This document shows, one piece after another, positions 20,045-31,028 of a stretch of DNA of 64,000 nt (its first letter is position 1; the number at the start of each line of letters is the position of its first letter). The notes under the pieces are model-generated. The model was not told where the DNA came from, ran no database searches, and was given only the letters and a program-made list of their open reading frames with translations. Origin of the DNA: Candidatus Kapaibacterium sp. (GTDB lineage Bacteria; Bacteroidota; Ignavibacteria; Kapaibacteriales; UBA7675); assembly GCA_028284775.1 (NCBI GenBank), contig JANQRB010000074.1, positions 3,256 to 67,255 of the forward strand. The letters are read 5' to 3'. Position numbers and translations under genes: made by a program.

Positions 20045-20383
20045 ATGAGTGACTCCGAACGCGATCAGCTCCGCAAGCACATCCTCGGAGAGATTGACGA
20101 CCTGAAATTCGATATAACGGAGCTGGAAGAAGCCACGCAGCCGATTGCACCGGACGGCGCGTATGGAAGGCTCAGCCGTATGGACGCTATTAACAGTAAA
20201 TCCGTAAATGAAGCGGCGCTGCGTTCTGCCAGGGCGCGTCTGTCGCAGCTCGGGCAACGACTTGAGGACATCGACAACGCCGAGTTCGGCCTTTGTGTCC
20301 GCTGCAAACAAAGAATCCCGTTCGCCCGCCTGATGTTTATGCCGGAAAGCGATCGCTGTGTTGCCTGTGCCGACAAAAAATAA
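20045..20383 (+). CDS. TraR/DksA C4-type zinc finger protein
   Basis: 'GRLSRMDA', CxxC...CxxC ('CVRC', 'CVAC'). Confidence 0.9.
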   Translation: MSDSERDQLRKHILGEIDDLKFDITELEEATQPIAPDGAYGRLSRMDAINSKSVNEAALRSARARLSQLGQRLEDIDNAEFGLCVRCKQRIPFARLMFMPESDRCVACADKK

Positions 20384-20424
20384 ATTCAATACAGTCTCAA
20401 TAGTTGTTGTAGTCTATCACTCAG

Positions 20425-23109
20425 ATGAGGATTTCCCGGATGCTACTCCCAAAACTGCTTGTTGCCTGTCTGGTGTTCATGATATTTTCAGCCTCATTGC
20501 AGGCACGCGAAAGCGGCAGTATAAGCGGTACAATCACTAATCTCGAAACGGGCGAGCCCTTGGGCGGAGTGTATTTGACGCTGCTGGGGACCGGACGCGG
20601 CGCCATCAGTACGGCTGCCGGAAGTTATCGGATCAACCTTTCTCCGGGCCTGTATACCTTGCGCGCGAGTCTGCTGGGCTATCGGCCGGAAGAGAAGGAG
20701 ATACGCGTCACGGCGGGCGAAGAGTCTATTGTTAATTTTGCCCTGGAACAGAGCGTCATCCAGTTTGGCGAAGTAGCCGTGACGCTCGGTTCGCGAACCG
20801 AGCGCATTGCCGTGGAAACTGCCGTACCAATCGACGTTATCGGCGCACAGTCGATCGAGGAATCAGGTTACGCCAACCTCAGTCAGGTCCTTCAATTTCT
20901 TGCGCCCTCATTTAATTCGTCACCGCAAACTGTTTCGGACGGAACTGATCATATCGATCCGGCCAGCCTGCGCGGCCTTGGACCGGATCAGGTATTGGTT
21001 TTGATAAACGGCAAACGACGTCATTCCTCGGCGCTGGTCAATGTTAATGGTACGGTCGGCCGCGGATCGGTGGGTACCGACTTTAACGCAATCCCGACAG
21101 CTGCCATCGAGCGGATCGAAATTCTGCGTGACGGCGCATCTGCTCAATATGGGTCGGATGCAATTGCCGGTGTGATAAATGTCCAGTTAAAGACACAAAC
21201 CGATGAGATCAGCGTCGACCTCATGAGCGGTATCACCGGCGAGGGCGATGGTGAAACGATTCGGTTTAACAGTAACTACGGTATTCCCATCGGTGAATTC
21301 GGCTATTTCAATGTTACTGCTGAATATCGCGATCGCCAGCCGACGAACCGTGCCGGCACGTATACAGGGCCGGTCTACAGTCAGGATGAAGCCGAAGACG
21401 AAGCATTGATAGCCGAACGCGGCTTTGATCGCGAAGCTATGAAAATCGGCAGTGCCAAGTCCCTGAATGCCGGACTGTTTTTCAATTCCTCGCTGCCTAT
21501 CAGCGACGAAGCCGACATCTACGCATTTGGCGGCACGAATTTCCGCAGCGGCAGAGGATTCGGTTTCTATCGCTATCCTTTCGAGGAGGCAAAGGTAAAT
21601 CTCGGTATTTATCCCGATGGTTTTTTGCCGGAGATTCACACGCTTATTCGTGACAATGCCATCACTGTGGGAGTCGATGGCCTCAATGATGATTGGATCA
21701 GCGATCTGAGTATTACGCACGGCAGCAATGCTTTCGCCTACAAAGTGCGCAACTCACTCAATGCCTCGCTCGGAGCGGATTCCCCCCTCGAATTTGACGC
21801 CGGCTCACTTAACTTTTCGCAAACCAGCGTAAACCTGGATGTTATCACATTTGTGATGCCGGAAGGCTTTCTCATTCCATTGTCGGTAGCCCTGGGTGCT
21901 GAGTTTCGCGTTGAAAACTACCGTATCGAAGCAGGTGAGGAAGCCTCGTACCTGCTGGGAACGGATACGACGTCCACCGGCGACCCGAAATTCCCGGGTG
22001 CGCAGGTATTTCCCGGTTTTCAGCCGTCGAACGAAGTTGACGAGTACCGGAGTAATGCAGCGTTCTTTCTCGACCTCGAAAGCGACATTGCCGATGATCT
22101 ACTGCTGAACCTCGCCGGTCGTTTCGAAAACTATAGTGATTTCGGCAGTAATGTCAGTGCCAAGCTGGCCGGACGCTGGTCGATGATGGAAGCGCTGGCG
22201 CTCCGAGCAGCCTTCAGTACGGGATTCCGGGCCCCGTCATTGCATCAGCTGTACTTTAACAACATCAGCACACAATTCGTAGAGGACGAAGATACGGGCG
22301 ATCTTGTGGCCCGGCAGGTACTTACCAGCAATAACAGCAGTCCGGTAACCCGTTCTTTCGGCATCCCCGATCTCAAAGAAGAACAGTCACTTAACTTCAG
22401 CGCCGGCATCAGCAGTCGACCGCTCGAAAACTTATCGCTCACTATCGATTTTTATCGGATCGATATCGAGGACCGTATTGTACTCTCAGGCCGTTTCAGC
22501 AGGAACGATCCTACGGTCGCGGCGCTGCTTGAGCCGTTCAGCGGAGTCAGCGCGGCTCAGTTTTTCACTAATGCCGTCGACACCAAAACCCAGGGCGTCG
22601 ATATTGTGCTTTCCTATGGTGTTGAGCTGGGCGGCGGCGACCTTGAATTGACCGCGGCGGCCAATCTGACCGAGACCGAAATCGACGGAGCCGTCAAGAC
22701 CTCTGCTGAGTTGCAAGGATTGGAAGAGACGCTGTTTAACCGTGAAGAGCGTTCGCGTCTGGAGCTAGCACAACCCGGACTTAAGTCATCCCTGGGCGCC
22801 AGATACCAGATTGATGATTTCACGGCGCGGGCGCGCCTCAGTTACTTTGGTGAAATCGACTATGTCCATCCGACACTCCCGGCAAACGACCAGACCTTCA
22901 GCGCGCAATCGCTGCTTGATGTCGAGCTCGCCTATGCGCTGACTCGCGGCTTGAAGCTGCGTCTCGGCGGAAACAACATCTTCAATGTCTTTCCGGATGA
23001 AAATATTCCCGCCAATACCAGCAGCGGACGCTTTGTCTATAGCCGGCGTGTGACGCAATTTGGGTTTAACGGCGGGTTTTACTACGCTGGACTTGATGTA
23101 CGGCTCTAA
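20425..23109 (+). CDS. TonB-dependent receptor with N-terminal carboxypeptidase-regulatory-like domain
   Basis: Plug 'LRGLGPDQVLVLINGKR', 'IERIEILRDGASAQYGSDAIAGVIN'; barrel C-terminus. Confidence 0.93.
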   Translation: MRISRMLLPKLLVACLVFMIFSASLQARESGSISGTITNLETGEPLGGVYLTLLGTGRGAISTAAGSYRINLSPGLYTLRASLLGYRPEEKEIRVTAGEESIVNFALEQSVIQFGEVAVTLGSRTERIAVETAVPIDVIGAQSIEESGYANLSQVLQFLAPSFNSSPQTVSDGTDHIDPASLRGLGPDQVLVLINGKRRHSSALVNVNGTVGRGSVGTDFNAIPTAAIERIEILRDGASAQYGSDAIAGVINVQLKTQTDEISVDLMSGITGEGDGETIRFNSNYGIPIGEFGYFNVTAEYRDRQPTNRAGTYTGPVYSQDEAEDEALIAERGFDREAMKIGSAKSLNAGLFFNSSLPISDEADIYAFGGTNFRSGRGFGFYRYPFEEAKVNLGIYPDGFLPEIHTLIRDNAITVGVDGLNDDWISDLSITHGSNAFAYKVRNSLNASLGADSPLEFDAGSLNFSQTSVNLDVITFVMPEGFLIPLSVALGAEFRVENYRIEAGEEASYLLGTDTTSTGDPKFPGAQVFPGFQPSNEVDEYRSNAAFFLDLESDIADDLLLNLAGRFENYSDFGSNVSAKLAGRWSMMEALALRAAFSTGFRAPSLHQLYFNNISTQFVEDEDTGDLVARQVLTSNNSSPVTRSFGIPDLKEEQSLNFSAGISSRPLENLSLTIDFYRIDIEDRIVLSGRFSRNDPTVAALLEPFSGVSAAQFFTNAVDTKTQGVDIVLSYGVELGGGDLELTAAANLTETEIDGAVKTSAELQGLEETLFNREERSRLELAQPGLKSSLGARYQIDDFTARARLSYFGEIDYVHPTLPANDQTFSAQSLLDVELAYALTRGLKLRLGGNNIFNVFPDENIPANTSSGRFVYSRRVTQFGFNGGFYYAGLDVRL

Positions 23110-23257
23110 CGAGGGCAAGAGCGCAGCAAGCCGCAATGGCCAGATATTGATGAGAGCGACGCGTTAAGCCGAAGCCGACATGGATTTGAACCGACAGTTG
23201 CGACTGTCAGATCGCCTTAAAATCACTCGTCACAACGAGACCTTTGTCCACAAAAAT

Positions 23258-23794
23258 ATGAATTACCGATTTCAGCCTGTCACCCGGGATAGCTGGTCCG
23301 ACCTGGAAGGACTCTTTGAGAGCAGGGGAGGCCCGCACTATTGCTGGTGCACGGCCTGGCGTACGCTGGACAAAAGAAAGGCGAAACCCGACAAAGCCGC
23401 CAAAAAAGCTGTTATGCATCAACAGGTACATGAAGGCATGGCTGTGGGCATTCTGGCTTATGCGGACGAAGAAGCCGTGGCCTGGTGCTCAATCGCGGCA
23501 CGCGAATCATACAAAAATCTGGGCGGAAGTGAAACGAAGGGCACTGTCTGGTCGCTGGTCTGTTTTTATGTTAAAAAAGCCTACAGGAAACAAGGCCTCA
23601 CAAAACTCCTGCTTGATGAGGCCATTGCCTACGCGCGACGGAATGGCGCTGACTACATCGAAGCGTATCCCGTGGATACCAGCTCGCCCAGCTATCGATT
23701 CATGGGTCTCAGACCAATGTTCGAACAGGCCAACTTTTCTTTCGTTAAGATGGCCGGAACACGACGCAATGTTATGTTGCTTGCCCTGAAGTGA
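23258..23794 (+). CDS. GNAT family N-acetyltransferase
   Basis: 'CWC' motif, 'VCFYVKKAYRKQGL', 'IEAYP'. Confidence 0.85.
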   Translation: MNYRFQPVTRDSWSDLEGLFESRGGPHYCWCTAWRTLDKRKAKPDKAAKKAVMHQQVHEGMAVGILAYADEEAVAWCSIAARESYKNLGGSETKGTVWSLVCFYVKKAYRKQGLTKLLLDEAIAYARRNGADYIEAYPVDTSSPSYRFMGLRPMFEQANFSFVKMAGTRRNVMLLALK

Positions 23795-24108
23795 TGGCAC
23801 CGGCTACATTCCTCTCAGCCAATCGGCTTGCGCATTTAAGGCTGCAGGCCGTCGTAATTTCTTTCAAGCTTTGGCTCTCAATCGCCAAGTACTGACAATT
23901 GAGTATGCCCCGTCTATAAGGCCCAAGCGCAGTATTGCGCGATACAGGAAATGCGATGATTATTTTGCGTCCATTTTAGCTTTGTTTTGTATATTTTTTT
24001 GCCAAATTGTTGCGATATAACACTTCGGCAAAGATACAACACAATTCACACTGTCTTCCCAGCCATGGAGGGCTCGTTTTTTAAACAGTTCGAATTCGAC
24101 TCCAACAG

Positions 24109-25737
24109 ATGGCTTATCGGGTAACGCGCTCCGAGGCAGACCAGGCGTCCATTGACTCTCCCGTCCGAATGTATCGGAAGATATATGAACTATTGTTTGC
24201 CAGTCCTTCGGAAGCGATTCAAGAAGCGGAAAGATGTATTGTCACGCTTTCCGAGGCCGCTACTCCACCCAATGCGCGTGTGGTGTTTCGCTTGTTAAGT
24301 TATTGCTGTGAAGCCTGCTCATACCTGAACTCTGAAAAACTGCTGCTGAGCTATGTTGATCGTATCAAGTCTCTCTGGCCGCAGATATCGCATACGGTAG
24401 ATAGAGTATTCTACCTCCAACAGATAGGTGCCTGTTATTATCAGGCGGGATTGAAAATAGAGGCGATAAAATACCTCGAAGCTGTAATGCCCTTGTCGGA
24501 AGAGTACAAACTTTCAGACTCTGAAATCAGTCAGACGCTCCACCTGCTGGGTTTAGTGAATTTTTGTAGCGGTCAGTATATCGTTGCGCTTGAATACTAT
24601 CACCGGCTCCTGCGACTCGTTCCGGAATCTGACACTAGCCTTGAAAACTGCCCGCTGTACTGCAATCTGGCCGAAATTTACGCTGCATTGAGTCAGCACA
24701 GTGAGGCCATGAAGTTTTTCGAGCTGGGGCTGGCATCCGCCAGAGCCGGTGGCAGGCCCGTTGTGTTATCACAGATGCTTACTTTTCTGGCCGAATATTA
24801 CATCAAAATCAGGCGCCAAATGGATGCCGCACGGTGTATTGCCGAATCGCAAGAGCTTTCAGTGCTCAACGGATTTAGCTACATGCGCGATCTGAATGTC
24901 CTTCTCCTGGCCCGCATTCGCATTCTTAACAATGATTGTGATCTTGCTCTGCAAATGGTCGAGCACCTGTTATTCACCGCTAAAACATCAAACCATCAAC
25001 CATTGTTTAAGTTAATGTGCACTGAAACGCTGGGTCAGATATACGAAGTAACGGGGGCTCACCTACGTGCGCGCGATGTCTTTCTTCGCATGGCGGATCT
25101 GGCTGCTCAACTGGGTCTGCAGCGCGAGCTTGCGGAAGCCTACGGTCATCTATCCGCAATAGAAGAACAGCGGGGCGCATTCGCTCAGGCACTACTTTTT
25201 TATAAAACATCGACAAGTATATGGCTCGGTATTACGGGCCCGGCGATACAGAAGCAATTGGCGGATATCGCCAGACTCCGCGAGCTTCAATTTGAAAACA
25301 AGCTTCTCGACGATGACCCGAACAAGACAAATTTTCGACTATCAAGAAGCGCACAGAAAGTTGCAGAGGACTCGAGATTCCAGCAGGTTTTGAGGACGCT
25401 GAGGCAGGCAGATCATACTAATGCGATGATCAGTGAATCGCCTGGTATTGCATCCGACGGCCACAGCATATCCAACAAAGCAGGTATTCACTTACTGTCT
25501 TCCGACGACAACCGAATGCTGGCTCTGTTAAAATTGAATCTGCTTAGTCGCGCGCCGAATCTCAGTCAAATGGAAACCAAAATTTGTCTGCTTATTGCCC
25601 GAGGCTTACAGTCAAAGGAAATTGCCGATGCGCTGAGTAAGTCGGTGGAGACGGTAAACTCACATCGCAAGAGTATCCGCAAAAAGCTGAAACTCGCGCG
25701 GGGCGAAAATCTGTTTCGATGCCTCAGAGCCATGTAG
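24109..25737 (+). CDS. TPR + LuxR-HTH transcriptional regulator (paralog of 40561..42186)
   Basis: TPR repeats; 'LSQMETKICLLIARGLQSKEIADALSKSVETVNSHRKSIRKKL'. Confidence 0.85.
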   Translation: MAYRVTRSEADQASIDSPVRMYRKIYELLFASPSEAIQEAERCIVTLSEAATPPNARVVFRLLSYCCEACSYLNSEKLLLSYVDRIKSLWPQISHTVDRVFYLQQIGACYYQAGLKIEAIKYLEAVMPLSEEYKLSDSEISQTLHLLGLVNFCSGQYIVALEYYHRLLRLVPESDTSLENCPLYCNLAEIYAALSQHSEAMKFFELGLASARAGGRPVVLSQMLTFLAEYYIKIRRQMDAARCIAESQELSVLNGFSYMRDLNVLLLARIRILNNDCDLALQMVEHLLFTAKTSNHQPLFKLMCTETLGQIYEVTGAHLRARDVFLRMADLAAQLGLQRELAEAYGHLSAIEEQRGAFAQALLFYKTSTSIWLGITGPAIQKQLADIARLRELQFENKLLDDDPNKTNFRLSRSAQKVAEDSRFQQVLRTLRQADHTNAMISESPGIASDGHSISNKAGIHLLSSDDNRMLALLKLNLLSRAPNLSQMETKICLLIARGLQSKEIADALSKSVETVNSHRKSIRKKLKLARGENLFRCLRAM

Positions 25738-25932
25738 ATTCCTCGGAGCAAGGATGTCGCATCTCCCTAAAAGGCAGCCTCATTAGAATATGGATTGTTC
25801 TCGGGATCGGAACTTGTGCCGGAAAAAAGATATGAGGATAATTCGCAGCTTTACAACTTCTTATGTAGATTACAATGGCTATTCGATGTAAAGAGCGAGA
25901 AGTAAATAGAATTCATCCGGCGGAAACAACGA

Positions 25933-26337
25933 GTGTCGAAACAACAATTAGCGTCAGGCAAGACTTTCAGCTTTGCCCGATTTGCAAGAAATTGGAATAT
26001 CGGGCTTGTGCTGGGAATAGTATTTCTCTTGTTGCAGGCGGCATTGGTCATTCAAGCGCAATTCGTCAACACCCGCTATTTCTGTTGGGCGCCTCACACC
26101 ATTCAGGCGCAATACACGCTCCGTGTTGAGATCGACGGCAAAATTCTCAGTGAAGATGATGTTAAGAAGCGCTATCATTTGAAGGGATTCGGATGGGAGG
26201 CTCATTCTATTCATAATGTGTTTGCGCTTCTGGAACAACACGAAGAAACCTACGGCAAAAAGGATCAGGCGCGCCTGACATTGGAGTATCGTGTCAATGG
26301 CGGTGACCGACATACATGGATCTGGCCTAAACAATGA
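25933..26337 (+). CDS. Membrane-anchored hypothetical protein (partner of the HTTM-like protein)
   Basis: One TM helix, 'RYFCWAP', overlaps the next gene. Confidence 0.65.
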   Translation: MSKQQLASGKTFSFARFARNWNIGLVLGIVFLLLQAALVIQAQFVNTRYFCWAPHTIQAQYTLRVEIDGKILSEDDVKKRYHLKGFGWEAHSIHNVFALLEQHEETYGKKDQARLTLEYRVNGGDRHTWIWPKQ

Positions 26338-27425
26338 TGCGTAACTTACTGCATGCCGCTAATCCGCTGCGTTGCACGGACAAGTCCCTGCCGCCTGTGC
26401 TGGTTGTTGTCGCAAAAATCCTGGCCCTGGTCCTTATTATCCGCGGCGATCAGCCATTTGAGCTCTATTTGCCATACTTTGAATTCATCGATTCAATAGC
26501 CGCTCCTGAACTTTTCCATTTGGCCTTGCGCGGCATGACATACACAGGATTTGTCCTGTTATTCTTTACTCCGCTGTTGCGCTCGGGCTGCCTGCTCGTC
26601 GGTGCAGCATTCCTGATCGGTCTACTCAGCTGCCGTCCCTGCTTGTCCGTTGCACATACCTATGTAGCGGCATTATTTATTATTCTCGCGCTGAGCAGCA
26701 ATGCCTCTGGCAGCCGGCTGCTGCGTCTGCAAGTCGTGATGCTCTATGCGGGCGCCTGTCTAAACAAGCTGCGCGATGCCGACTGGTGGAACGGTCAGTA
26801 TTTTGAGACTCTGATGGTCACGAGGCACGCCCACGAGCTGTACATAGCAACTGCGGCCCTGTTTCCGCCCATGATGCTTTCCACAGTCATGGGCATTATT
26901 ACAATTTTTGTTCAGCTCGCATTGAGCATTTGTTTTCTCAGGCGCAGCTGGTATAATACCGGCATCGTACTCGGCTTAACATTTCACGGCGTGATGATCA
27001 TTCTGATGAACGGCACCTTCGGTCCGTTTTTTATGGCCATTGTAATCTCCTATCTGGCATTTGTCGAGTGGCCCGAACAAATTCAGATTAGTTCGGAAGG
27101 CTCCGTCTGGAAACAACGTCTGCAAAAAGCACTGTCTGCAATTGATTTCGACCGACTCTACCATAAAGTTCATCAAGGTGGCGCAGGTCCGAGTCGACTC
27201 CAGATTACTCTGAACGGCAGATCCTACTATGGATTTGCCGCCTTCCAGCTCCTGGTTTTTTATAATCCCATTATTATGGCTTTTGCGGCATTCGTCTTGA
27301 CGGAATCACATTTCGGTGTGTTTCGCAGATTCATCGTACTCTTTCTGCTCGTATTCTTCAGTCCGCTAATGACCCGTTTTGTCGAGTTCATTCAGACGGG
27401 CAGTTTGGCTAAGGCAACGAAATAG
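26334..27425 (+). CDS. HTTM-like polytopic membrane protein
   Basis: Many TMs, 'LQVVMLYAGACLNKLRDADWWNG', 'GLTFH'. Confidence 0.65.
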   Translation: MMRNLLHAANPLRCTDKSLPPVLVVVAKILALVLIIRGDQPFELYLPYFEFIDSIAAPELFHLALRGMTYTGFVLLFFTPLLRSGCLLVGAAFLIGLLSCRPCLSVAHTYVAALFIILALSSNASGSRLLRLQVVMLYAGACLNKLRDADWWNGQYFETLMVTRHAHELYIATAALFPPMMLSTVMGIITIFVQLALSICFLRRSWYNTGIVLGLTFHGVMIILMNGTFGPFFMAIVISYLAFVEWPEQIQISSEGSVWKQRLQKALSAIDFDRLYHKVHQGGAGPSRLQITLNGRSYYGFAAFQLLVFYNPIIMAFAAFVLTESHFGVFRRFIVLFLLVFFSPLMTRFVEFIQTGSLAKATK

Positions 27426-27621
27426 CGGCTCCGCTGTAAAGGCTTGAACATCTGACGGCAGAGGCAGCCGATCAAGTTCTCGAATTCAACATTTCGCCTG
27501 CGCTGCCTGAGACAGGCAAGATGTATATTCAGCTTGCAAGGGCTATTGTAAGTTCGGAAAGGAAGTTCGACCCAATTTGGTATATTACGGATCTTCATTA
27601 TTAAAGTAAGTCGAGTCTTAG

Positions 27622-28449
27622 ATGTATCTCGGTCAGATCTCGGAAAATCTGAGTCTTATGGATTCAGGAATTTGGCGATCCGCGGCAACACGCGATATCT
27701 CATATCCGATGGAAGGAAATGAAATCTGTTTTTCGATTGAGAATGACTCATTCTGGTATCAGCACAGGAGCAGCTGCATCGTGGAAGCGATCAGGGCGCA
27801 TCGACCCGACGGAGCAATAGTTGATGTTGGCGGAGGTAATGGTATAGTTTCGTTGGAGCTTCAGAGGCAGGGAATGGATGTTTACCTATTGGAACCGGGG
27901 TATCAGGGAGTTCTTAACGCAAAGAAGCGCGGGCTCAGGCATGTCATCAACTCGAGCCTTGAAGACGCAGGCTTTAAGCCTTCGGTCTTACCCGCTGTCG
28001 GACTGTTTGACGTATTGGAGCATATTGAAGACGATGCTGCATTTTTGCAACTAATAAACAGAATTCTTGTCCGTGGCGGCAAACTATATTTATCAGTTCC
28101 GGCTTACAATTTTCTATGGTCTCGAAACGACGAGCACTTGGGGCACTTTAGAAGATACAGTCTTTCAACTCTGACTCAACGGCTAAAAAGTGCAGGCTTT
28201 ATACCGGATTATTTAACATACTATTTTCAAGCACTGCCGCTGCCCATATTTCTTACTCGAACACTGCCGGGAAAGTTGGGCTTTTTCAAAGAAATTAGCC
28301 CCGAGCACAAACGCAGAGAGCACGGAGTGAAGTCGAAAAGACTGCGATCGATTGTCGCCAGGAGTCTGAAGAGAGAAGTTCGGTGTATCAGACGACAAAA
28401 ACAGATACGCTTTGGCGCCTCCTGTCTGGTCGTTGCCAGCAAGGCATAA
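27622..28449 (+). CDS. Class I SAM-dependent methyltransferase
   Basis: 'VDVGGGNG', 'FDVLEHI', 'SVPAY..LWS..DE..GHFRRY'. Confidence 0.88.
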   Translation: MYLGQISENLSLMDSGIWRSAATRDISYPMEGNEICFSIENDSFWYQHRSSCIVEAIRAHRPDGAIVDVGGGNGIVSLELQRQGMDVYLLEPGYQGVLNAKKRGLRHVINSSLEDAGFKPSVLPAVGLFDVLEHIEDDAAFLQLINRILVRGGKLYLSVPAYNFLWSRNDEHLGHFRRYSLSTLTQRLKSAGFIPDYLTYYFQALPLPIFLTRTLPGKLGFFKEISPEHKRREHGVKSKRLRSIVARSLKREVRCIRRQKQIRFGASCLVVASKA

Positions 28450-28486
28450 GGTAAAACCCCGTAAAGAACGCCGAGGGTTATTGTTT

Positions 28487-29326
28487 ATGCGTGAATGTCA
28501 ATTACTGCTCTTCTCAACGGATGAACACACGATTGCAGCTTCCGACGCCGGGGGAGTAGCGGGTTATATCGTCGATTGGGAATGTAAAGGGAAAGCCGGA
28601 CGCCAAAGCAGATTAGATACCCAGATTAACCACAACAGCCTGGAAGACTTGATTCGGGTGAGATCCGCAACGGATAAGCTAGTACTCTGCCGTGTTAACA
28701 ATTTCGCAACCTGCGTTCGCGAGCGAAATAAAGAGATTGATCTGGCGGTAGACAATGGCGCTGACGAAATACTGCTGCCTATGGTTCGCAGTGTGAGGGA
28801 AGTTGAGAATGTGTTGGATCACATTAACTCGCGTTGCGATCTTGGAATCCTGATCGAGACTTGTGAATCTGTGGCACTTGCCAGGGAATTGGGCGAATTA
28901 CCGCTATCCAGAGTGTACCTGGGTCTCAATGATCTTGCCATAGAACGCAATACACGAAACATCTTCAGCGCATTGGAAGACGGCACCGTCGATCGCGTCA
29001 GACAGCAGGTGCGCGCACCTTTTGGTTTTGCCGGTCTTACTCTGCCCGAGAAAGGCTATCCGATACCCTGTCGGCTTCTCATGAGCGAACTGGTTCGCCT
29101 TACTTGTTCCTTCACTTTTCTTCGTCGCACTTTCCTTGCCGACACACAGGATCGGAATCTCACACTGGAAATTCCGCGAATACTGGATGCACTTAGCGAT
29201 ACAAATAATTATTCCGACAACGAACTAGAATCACAGCGTTTGTGGATCAACGAAGTAATTCGAGAGAGCGCTCCATATTTCCAGAACAAGGGAGGCCGGG
29301 AGCGTGAAGATTTTATTGATGTATAG
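28487..29326 (+). CDS. HpcH/HpaI aldolase/citrate lyase family protein
   Basis: 'IVDWE..GK..RQ', 'GADEILLPM', 'LIET', 'YLGLNDL'. Confidence 0.75.
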   Translation: MRECQLLLFSTDEHTIAASDAGGVAGYIVDWECKGKAGRQSRLDTQINHNSLEDLIRVRSATDKLVLCRVNNFATCVRERNKEIDLAVDNGADEILLPMVRSVREVENVLDHINSRCDLGILIETCESVALARELGELPLSRVYLGLNDLAIERNTRNIFSALEDGTVDRVRQQVRAPFGFAGLTLPEKGYPIPCRLLMSELVRLTCSFTFLRRTFLADTQDRNLTLEIPRILDALSDTNNYSDNELESQRLWINEVIRESAPYFQNKGGREREDFIDV

Positions 29327-30257
29327 CCCCGGCGCTCATCACTTCGAGGCTCTAAGGGAGGCTGCCCCGTCTGCACAGCTTGCTGTTGCGGAAAGCTTGG
29401 CCAGTGCCGCAGAGCAGATTAAAGATGCCGATGTCGTTATGGGTAACCGTTATTTTCTTCAGTCCTTACCCTATGCTCGGAATCTGTCCTGGATGCAGTC
29501 CGGTTCAATGGGCGTCGACACAATTCTTGAGGGCGGCGGCACGGCAATACGGGATCTGACAATAACAAGCTGTCGCGGTGTGTACGATAGCGAGATAGCG
29601 GAGCACGCGCTTTCATTGATCCTCGCCTTTTACCGGGGTGTTCATCTGGCCAGAGATTATCAGCGGCAGGGCTGTTGGAAGCGAATTCCGCTTCGCTCTC
29701 TGGCCGGCACACGTGCCTTGATTCTCGGTTGGGGCGGCGTCGGCCAACGCATTGCGCACTACATGCGCGCGCTTAATGTCAGGGTACAAGGTGTACGGCG
29801 CAGGCATAACGGCGCTCCGCAGAAAAATTCAGATGGTTTTTTGATTTGGGGCGCCGACTCCTGGCGCGATGCGCTGCCGCAGACAGATATCCTGGTGCTT
29901 GCTTTACCAAAAACCGCGCAGACGCATCACCTGGTTTCGCGGCCGGAACTAAACGGACTGCCGCGCGATGCGCTGCTGGTTAATGTGGGCAGAGGCGGAA
30001 CGCTCGACGAAACCGCGCTGCATCTGACACTCGACGAAGGGCACCTGCTGGGAGCGGCCCTGGACGTGTTTGAGCATGAACCATTACCCGAACATCACTG
30101 GATCTGGACACACGAAAAGATTCTGATAACGCCGCATTGGGCCAGGAGTATCGAAACGCCGCCTTACCGATGGGAACCGTTGTTCGTTGAAAATCTTCGA
30201 CGCTTTTATCAAGGAGAGGTTCTGCTCAATGTTGTCGACAAATGCGCAGGATATTGA
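29304..30257 (+). CDS. D-2-hydroxyacid dehydrogenase
   Basis: 'GWGGVG', 'LVNVGRG', 'LDVFEHEPL', 'ITPH'. Confidence 0.9.
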   Translation: MKILLMYSPGAHHFEALREAAPSAQLAVAESLASAAEQIKDADVVMGNRYFLQSLPYARNLSWMQSGSMGVDTILEGGGTAIRDLTITSCRGVYDSEIAEHALSLILAFYRGVHLARDYQRQGCWKRIPLRSLAGTRALILGWGGVGQRIAHYMRALNVRVQGVRRRHNGAPQKNSDGFLIWGADSWRDALPQTDILVLALPKTAQTHHLVSRPELNGLPRDALLVNVGRGGTLDETALHLTLDEGHLLGAALDVFEHEPLPEHHWIWTHEKILITPHWARSIETPPYRWEPLFVENLRRFYQGEVLLNVVDKCAGY

Positions 30258-31014
30258 AGCTTTGAGCGTCGTTGTACCTGTGTACAACAATGCACAGACA
30301 CTTGTCACGCTTATCAGCAGACTGAGAGAGGCACTCGAGCCCCTTAGACTTCCTTTTGAATTCATTTTTGTGGTTGATGCAAGCCCGGATGACTCTCTAA
30401 AAGTGCTAAAGCGGACCGCCGAAGTCGACAAGGCAGTAAAGATATTGGCATTAGAAAGGAACCTTGGCCAGAACTGGGCTATATTGATCGGTTTGGCGAA
30501 TGCCAGTGGAGACGCCATTGCAACCCTCGACGCAGATCTGCAGGATCCCCCCGAAGCAATTCCGACGCTGGTTCAGACCCTAGGCAAGGGCGCCGATGTT
30601 GTGTTTGGCGGACGACGAGGAGATTACGAATCTCGGCCGCGATTACTTGGCTCCAGGATTTTCAAAAGACTTGTTCACTTGCTTTCGGGTACTGAGATTC
30701 CTCACGACGCCGGGCTCTTTCTCGTGATGAAAAAGGTCATGGCGAAACACTTGTTGACGTACCGAATACATGATCCTTACGTTATCGCCTTGATGAGCCG
30801 GACGGAATTTTGTCTCAAATCAATCCCGGTGCGGAGGTCCTTGTCTCCTGACAGCGGGTCATCATACACCACACGAACAAGATTTGTGCTGGCGTGGAAG
30901 GCTCTTGCAACTCTATTTCGAGTTCGCCAATCAGCGTTTGGGGATCGACAAACAACGATCTCCGCACGAATCTCCCGGGATTTTGAGCCCCTGTTAATAA
31001 AGTACAATTTCTAA
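30229..31014 (+). CDS. GT2 glycosyltransferase (polyprenol-phosphate glycosyltransferase-like)
   Basis: 'VVVPVYN', 'VVDASPD', 'RNLGQ', 'DADLQDPPE'. Start uncertain. Confidence 0.88.
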   Translation: MLSTNAQDIEALSVVVPVYNNAQTLVTLISRLREALEPLRLPFEFIFVVDASPDDSLKVLKRTAEVDKAVKILALERNLGQNWAILIGLANASGDAIATLDADLQDPPEAIPTLVQTLGKGADVVFGGRRGDYESRPRLLGSRIFKRLVHLLSGTEIPHDAGLFLVMKKVMAKHLLTYRIHDPYVIALMSRTEFCLKSIPVRRSLSPDSGSSYTTRTRFVLAWKALATLFRVRQSAFGDRQTTISARISRDFEPLLIKYNF

Positions 31015-31028
31015 AATTGGGATATGTA